Assembly: GCF_009914755.1 (NCBI RefSeq)
Contig: NC_060928.1
Source of the DNA: the human T2T-CHM13v2.0 reference genome, Homo sapiens
Direction: 5' to 3' (one strand)
DNA length: 64,000 bases
Positions 58,435-64,000 of this stretch are shown piece by piece. The translations under genes and the position numbers were made by a program. Below the pieces are notes generated by a model, which ran no database searches, was not told where the DNA came from, and was given only the letters and a program-made list of their open reading frames with translations. The first letter of the stretch is position 1. Every line of letters starts with the position of its first letter.

Positions 58435-59030
58435 CTCTATGGTGGTTTTGTACCACTGTCTTAGATCTGATGGAAACTCATTCCCAGAATTCCCTTTCCT
58501 AAATCGTTCTTCATTCCAGTTGGCTACAAAGGAAATTTGTGTGACCTTTGGAAGGTAAAAGTGAAACAGCAGCATTCTGCTCTGAAGGTCAGTGTAGTCA
58601 ACAAGTGCAGCTCACTGACCTCCCAGATCACCTTGTCCATGGCAGGCAGCAGCCAGGCTGCCGGACATTTGGCTCCCCACAGATCTCCTCTTTTGGTTTC
58701 TGGGCCAGGTGCACGAATGGCTTTGCAGTGAAGAGTGCCAGTCCCTTTCGGGCTGTTCAAGTCAGGGTCATTGAGGCTGGAGAAGTATGAGTCAAATACA
58801 AGTTCCAGTTTATCTTTATGGGTTTCATTTTCTCCTGCAGGTTCTCCCTTGCTCAGCTCTACTTCAAATCTAGGTTTTCTTCCCAGTTGCCAGCTCTGCT
58901 AACCTATGATGACTTTAGCTCCATACCAGATGTGACGTGAAAGCGACTGCAAAGCTCCCACAATTGTTCAAGGTCTAAAACTGAAAATAAATCCATTATT
59001 CCATATTACCATAGTGGTTCTGCTTTTCTA
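58435..59030. mobile_element. Old ERVL LTR (LTR33-like)
   Basis: CCCAGAATTCCCTTTCC...TTTGGAAGGTAAAAGTGAAACAGCAGC...AATAAATCC...TAGTGGTTCTGCTTTTCT. Confidence 0.5.
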
Positions 59031-59432
59031 AGTGATAGGGATTCCATTAAATCTTTTCTATTCAGAATATGTACTTGGTTACAAATATTCTTTAGTGCAT
59101 GCCTTTCTTTTTTAAAATTTATGATATTGTCAAAAGAAATAGTACTAACGTACTGAGCCTAAGTATGTTATTTTATTCTCCCTTGTTTTGGGGATAGGGA
59201 CTTGGAATATGCTCTTTTACACAATTCCTCTCAAAACTGGTAAGCCGAGGAATTGGGAGTCTGCTCCATAACCAGAGAATACAGAAAAACTAACAATTAA
59301 TTTGAACTTCGGCATAATAATGAGTTAAAGACTACTTGAGTGAATTAGCTGCTTCTTCGAAATTTGTTTTAATGTGACACTTGGAAAGTTATGTCACTCA
59401 TGATGAAATCTAAACATTAAAATTTTGAAAAC

Positions 59433-59560
59433 AGGCTGGGCATGGTGGCTCACATTTGTAATCTCAGCACTTTGGGAGGCAAAGGTGGGAGAATCAGCTG
59501 AGCCCAGGAGTTTAAGACCAGCCTGGGTGACAAAATGAGACCCAACTCCTCTAAGAAAGA
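59433..59560 (+). mobile_element. FLAM-type Alu monomer
   Basis: GGCTGGGCATGGTGGCTCAC...TGAGCCCAGGAGTTTAAGACCAGCCTGGG. Confidence 0.88.
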
Positions 59561-62194
59561 AAATTGAAACCAATTTCAGTTAATCAATTTTTATCATACT
59601 GTATGTGCATTGAGAATAAATAAATACTGCCATGAAGCACTTCGACCTTTTTACTTAAATTCCTAATGTTTTACATAATTTCTGAAGATTTTATGGTCTT
59701 TAAAGGCAGGGATGCATCTTCTCATTTTTACATCCTCCCATACTGGCACACAGATAAGTCCTTATTAAACATCAATTGAACTAAGTAAAGAACACATTTC
59801 AGCTTCCTGTTTTTTACAAAAAAGAAAAGAGCAGCAGGGTATGAGCAAACAACCACAACCAACTACATCCTCTGATGCTTTTCTCACTGTTATATAGAAA
59901 CTCCAGCAGGAAACCACTGCTATATCCTTTTCACCACTATAGCAAAATCTTATGAATTACTGGCAAGCATAAAACAGCTCCATTGACATCACATAAACGT
60001 TTGTGACAATTTATACTCACCACACTCAAGTGCTTTAAAACATCTTAACAAAGTTTCTCAAGGACAAATTCCCAAGGAAAAATAATCATATACTTTAACC
60101 ATGTGTTTGGAGTTTAATTATATGAAAAAGCAATAAGCACTATTGAAACTTGGTGCACCTCTCAATGTAGCTGATGTTTACAAAAAGCTCAAAAAACTGA
60201 CAAGTGTTAAAATTCCTCATATGACTCAGACTTATAAAGATTTCTAACAGACCAAAGATGTATTAACGACTACTCCAAAACACGAAAGTACTAATTTTTT
60301 CCCTTTGTATTCAAAACGACCCAAGAATTAGACATTTCTAGCTAGGAAATGTAGACCCCCCTTTTTTCCATTCTCACACATTATGCACTTATATTTACAG
60401 CAACACACATTTTAAATTTGTAACGTGAGCCTTGATAATGCATTTTATCAATGAAGGGGTCTTCCATTGAATATCTCTTATTTGTCCAAGATCTACAAAG
60501 ACAAGATGATGGCAGAAGTCCAGGCCTTTCATTCAAGGGCTTTAACTTCAATGTGAAACACAGACAAATATATTCATTTTACACAGAAGTCAGAGGTCTA
60601 GAACTCTGTAGCTTTCTTGCATGCCCACATTACCTAGTCCATAAGCTCTCCATAGGGCGTAGGGCTAAATGACTACATGCGTAAATGAATGAAGGCATAC
60701 ATGCTTGGTGATGATGAAGAGGGGGAGATAACAAGGGCCCGTTTGGGTTCCAACAAAGGCAGAAGGGGCCTAAAATTCAGAAAATAAGCCTGTGAATGAA
60801 GAAGAAAACAAGCAAGATTTAAAAAAAAACAAGTGGTGGGGCATCAGAGCTAGAATTGCTCTTAGGGATTTCTGGACCAGCCCTCTCATTTCTAGAGAGG
60901 ACCTGAGGTGCTGTGGGCAATGACATGCCTTCATGTTCCACTTTCAGGGACTGTGACATTTGTGTACCCATTTCATGATTTTAGCCTCATGTGCTTCCTA
61001 TCTAAACCATTTTTTTTAACTCAATATTTTTCATTAAATTGACTTTAACTGGTGCACTGGTTGAAAACATTAGCCTTGCCCTAAAAAATAACATCTGTGA
61101 AATTACAGGTTTGATGTACTTGTTATATTATTTTTTGTAGCATATATTTTTAAAAATATACTTTGAAATGTGTTCTGAACATATTTCTACATTTAAATAA
61201 ATTTATAAGTATTAAAATCCAAAGCAAATCTGTATACTACGTAAGATCCTCTCACAGGTCACTGCTGGAAATCTGCAGTCTGAAAAGCAGTGCTCTCTAC
61301 TGTGTTACCTCCGGGAACAAAGAGTTTGAATTCTGAAATGACATGAGGTGGTAAAGACATTCCAGAGTGATAAAAAGGGTCCAGTAATAAGACTAATGCC
61401 TCTAGGTGATTTCTGTCCATTTTCTTTTACTAGAAAAAAAAATCAATTGCTAATTAAGGAACTAAAAAAATAAGGCAGAAATCACGGCTTTTTTCAGTTA
61501 TTGGATTTTCACCTTCCAAATGGACAGACAGGTATATTCATCCTCCTACCGAGTACCATTAATTCATTAGAACTACAGTTTTAAGAAGGAATTTGTCTGA
61601 AATAGGCCTCCTGTGCATGGATTACCTTTTTTTTTCTTAGTATTCCATTTGCAATGAGAACACTTAGCTGTAAGCTGTAATAAGGAATTGCTTAACTTTC
61701 ATAAGTAAATGAATGTCTATGATTAAAACATCAATCACGGAAACACTAGTTCTATAAATAGTTTCTAGGTCCAAAGTCCATAGGCAGTTAAATAAAGACA
61801 CATGTTTGTTTTTTCTTGTTTGTGTGTGTGTGTGTGCATATGTATGTGTGTGGGTGTGCACACACATGTGACATAAGAAACACATTTGGTTTTTCTTTTG
61901 AGAAACAAAGAAATGTTATTTGCTGAACATATGTGTTACCTGGTATTTTGATAAAATTTATGTTTGCCAATGTTATCACCTATGCAATGATCTATAAAAT
62001 TTTAACCTAAAATATCTGTCCTTGAACTCACCCTGTTTTTTTTTAAATGTCTTATTGCTCATTTAGAAGCTTTCACATTTGCTTTTTAAGCAACACAAGA
62101 TGAAATCCAAGATAGAAGACAGAAGTCCATAAAATCGTACTGAGTCCTTACATTTTGACCCACTGTGATTTGCATCACCAACAGAGTCCTGCAG

Positions 62195-62330
62195 TGTAGC
62201 ATAGTGGTGAAGCTCATGGCCTTTGACATTGAACAACTAAATTCACACAGCTCCATTACCATCTGTGGGACTTTGGGCAAGTTATGCTATCTATTTCCTC
62301 ATCTCTAGAATAGGGAATTATTAATGTGCT
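62195..62330 (+). mobile_element. MIR
   Basis: GCATAGTGGTGAAG...CTTTGGGCAAGTTA...TTTCCTCATCTCTAGAATAGGG. Confidence 0.75.
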
Positions 62331-64000
62331 ATTATTTAGTAGTACAAACCTCAGAGATTTCTTTAAAGGAGAAGTGGTTTTAGCAAGACGTCACTGGCAG
62401 ATAAGCCTGAAGAATAAAATTTTTAAGGATTTATACATATCTGTAATCTAGCCTTCACTCATTTCCTTTGGAAAGTAGATGGATATATATGGAGACATGT
62501 ATTAGGGTTCTCTTATGCTCTAGAATCAAGATGGCAAAGTGCCTCAAGTGTTTTTTTGTTTTGTTTTGTTTTGTTTTGTTTCTTGTTCATTCTTTAATGA
62601 ATTTTAAACCCTCTTCCCGCATGTGTTTAGTTGGTCTTTCATTCTTTTCCACTCATCATCATTAATTCTATAATTGAGGCTCCATCTCTTTTCTTTTATT
62701 TCCCCTACACCACCAGTCTCTGCGCTCCAAGGCAAAGGAGGTTCTCCTCCCAGTCAGGGCAAATACACAGAGATGGAATCACTTACTAGGCATTTCAGAG
62801 GCATGAATTACCACTTAAACTTCCAAGGTTGAAGCCCTGGAGAGGGAGACCAATGGAGAGTGGTGAGCACCTCCTCAGAATAAAAAGATAGCCAGAAGGC
62901 ATGGGATATTTCACAGAGCAGCTACATAAATAGCTGGGTATTTACAGTCCCATTGGAATGGGTACATTCCCCAATAATGATCTGACTCAAGATCATTCCC
63001 CAAGGGTGGAAGAGCTTCCTGAGAGTCTAAGCAATTATCTAAAACAGCGGCCCTTAAGCAGTCTTAAAATACACTTGTGTATCACAAACAATTTATGAGC
63101 AATGATAAAGTACCAATGACAGCAAATTATTTATTAAAGTATAATTTAGAGCTGTTTTCTCTAATGAATTATATTAACCTCAAAAATCAAGTTATTTCTA
63201 TAATAATGTCACTCTCACTCATTTCACTGGCATGTGTGGATATTTTCTTAAATAGGAAAAAAATGGAAATGAAGTTACACTGAGGTTCTGGTATCCTCAT
63301 GAGAAAGAAATTTCTCGTAGTACACATACCAGCAGACTCTTGTAAGAATTCTACATCTTATATCTGTTCCGTTTTTGTCACTTCTGCTACCCTCTGCTTC
63401 TTAGTTGTTTTTAGGAGAACTAAGTCAAAAATGCATGTGTCTGTGACTTTATTTTCTACAACATTAAGGAAGTGGAGTATGGGAAAGACATACAGTTTTC
63501 AAGTTAGCCTGGCAGGGAGGAAAGGAACCCAGGTGTGGCAAGCAGGTGGTGAAGCTGTGAAGAGGAACGGAAATGAAGCTGAATTGCTCAGCATACAGGA
63601 AGGAAGAAAGAGGTACAGGGCTGCTTGGTTAGGACAGAGGAGGGACCCAGGTTGTTAGGCTACCAGGGGAGTTCTCTGAGATCATGACCAGGAAAAGAGC
63701 CCATTCTAATTTTGTTGAACTATATTTATTACTAAGCTTATTCCCGTTGTCTGGGAATTATTTGAGAGTTCAGACTATGTATTATTCAATTTTGAGTCCC
63801 TAGCACACAAAACAGGGTTTTACATACATACATATATATATATGTATATATATATATCTCAAGTGCTCGATACAGATTTATTAAATGATCCAAAGAATTC
63901 ACCTTTCTTAAACCAGGGCCTTCTGCCAACTCCATTTCACATTCTATCTCTCACCTCCTAAATAAATTCCTATTTCCAGTTGGAGGAAAGCTTTGATTCA

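Overview
Human (primate) genomic DNA containing the GPRIN3 locus on the minus strand (from memory chr4q22, between FAM13A/TIGD2 and SNCA). The whole 776-aa CDS (15268..12938) lies in one terminal exon that opens at a splice acceptor at 15391. It is followed by a very long, mostly repeat-free 3'UTR with a candidate proximal polyA signal (~9450) and a candidate distal one (~1570). Everything above 15391 looks like one large 5'UTR intron full of Alu, L1, L2, MIR, LTR and DNA-transposon relics; no promoter or first exon is visible in the window. I found no other credible gene, RNA gene or CRISPR array. Best leads: (1) ten sense-strand Pumilio elements, nine of them only in the distal 3'UTR extension, whose polyA site appears to borrow its GU-rich downstream element from an antisense Alu tail; (2) an extended CTCF site ~80 nt past a perfect splice donor of a candidate MIR-derived, uORF-bearing cassette exon; (3) several template-switch-type hairpins in the intron; (4) three tandem LC8-type motifs in the protein. 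Repeat family names come from recalled consensus sequences, not from a search, and boundaries of old repeats are approximate.
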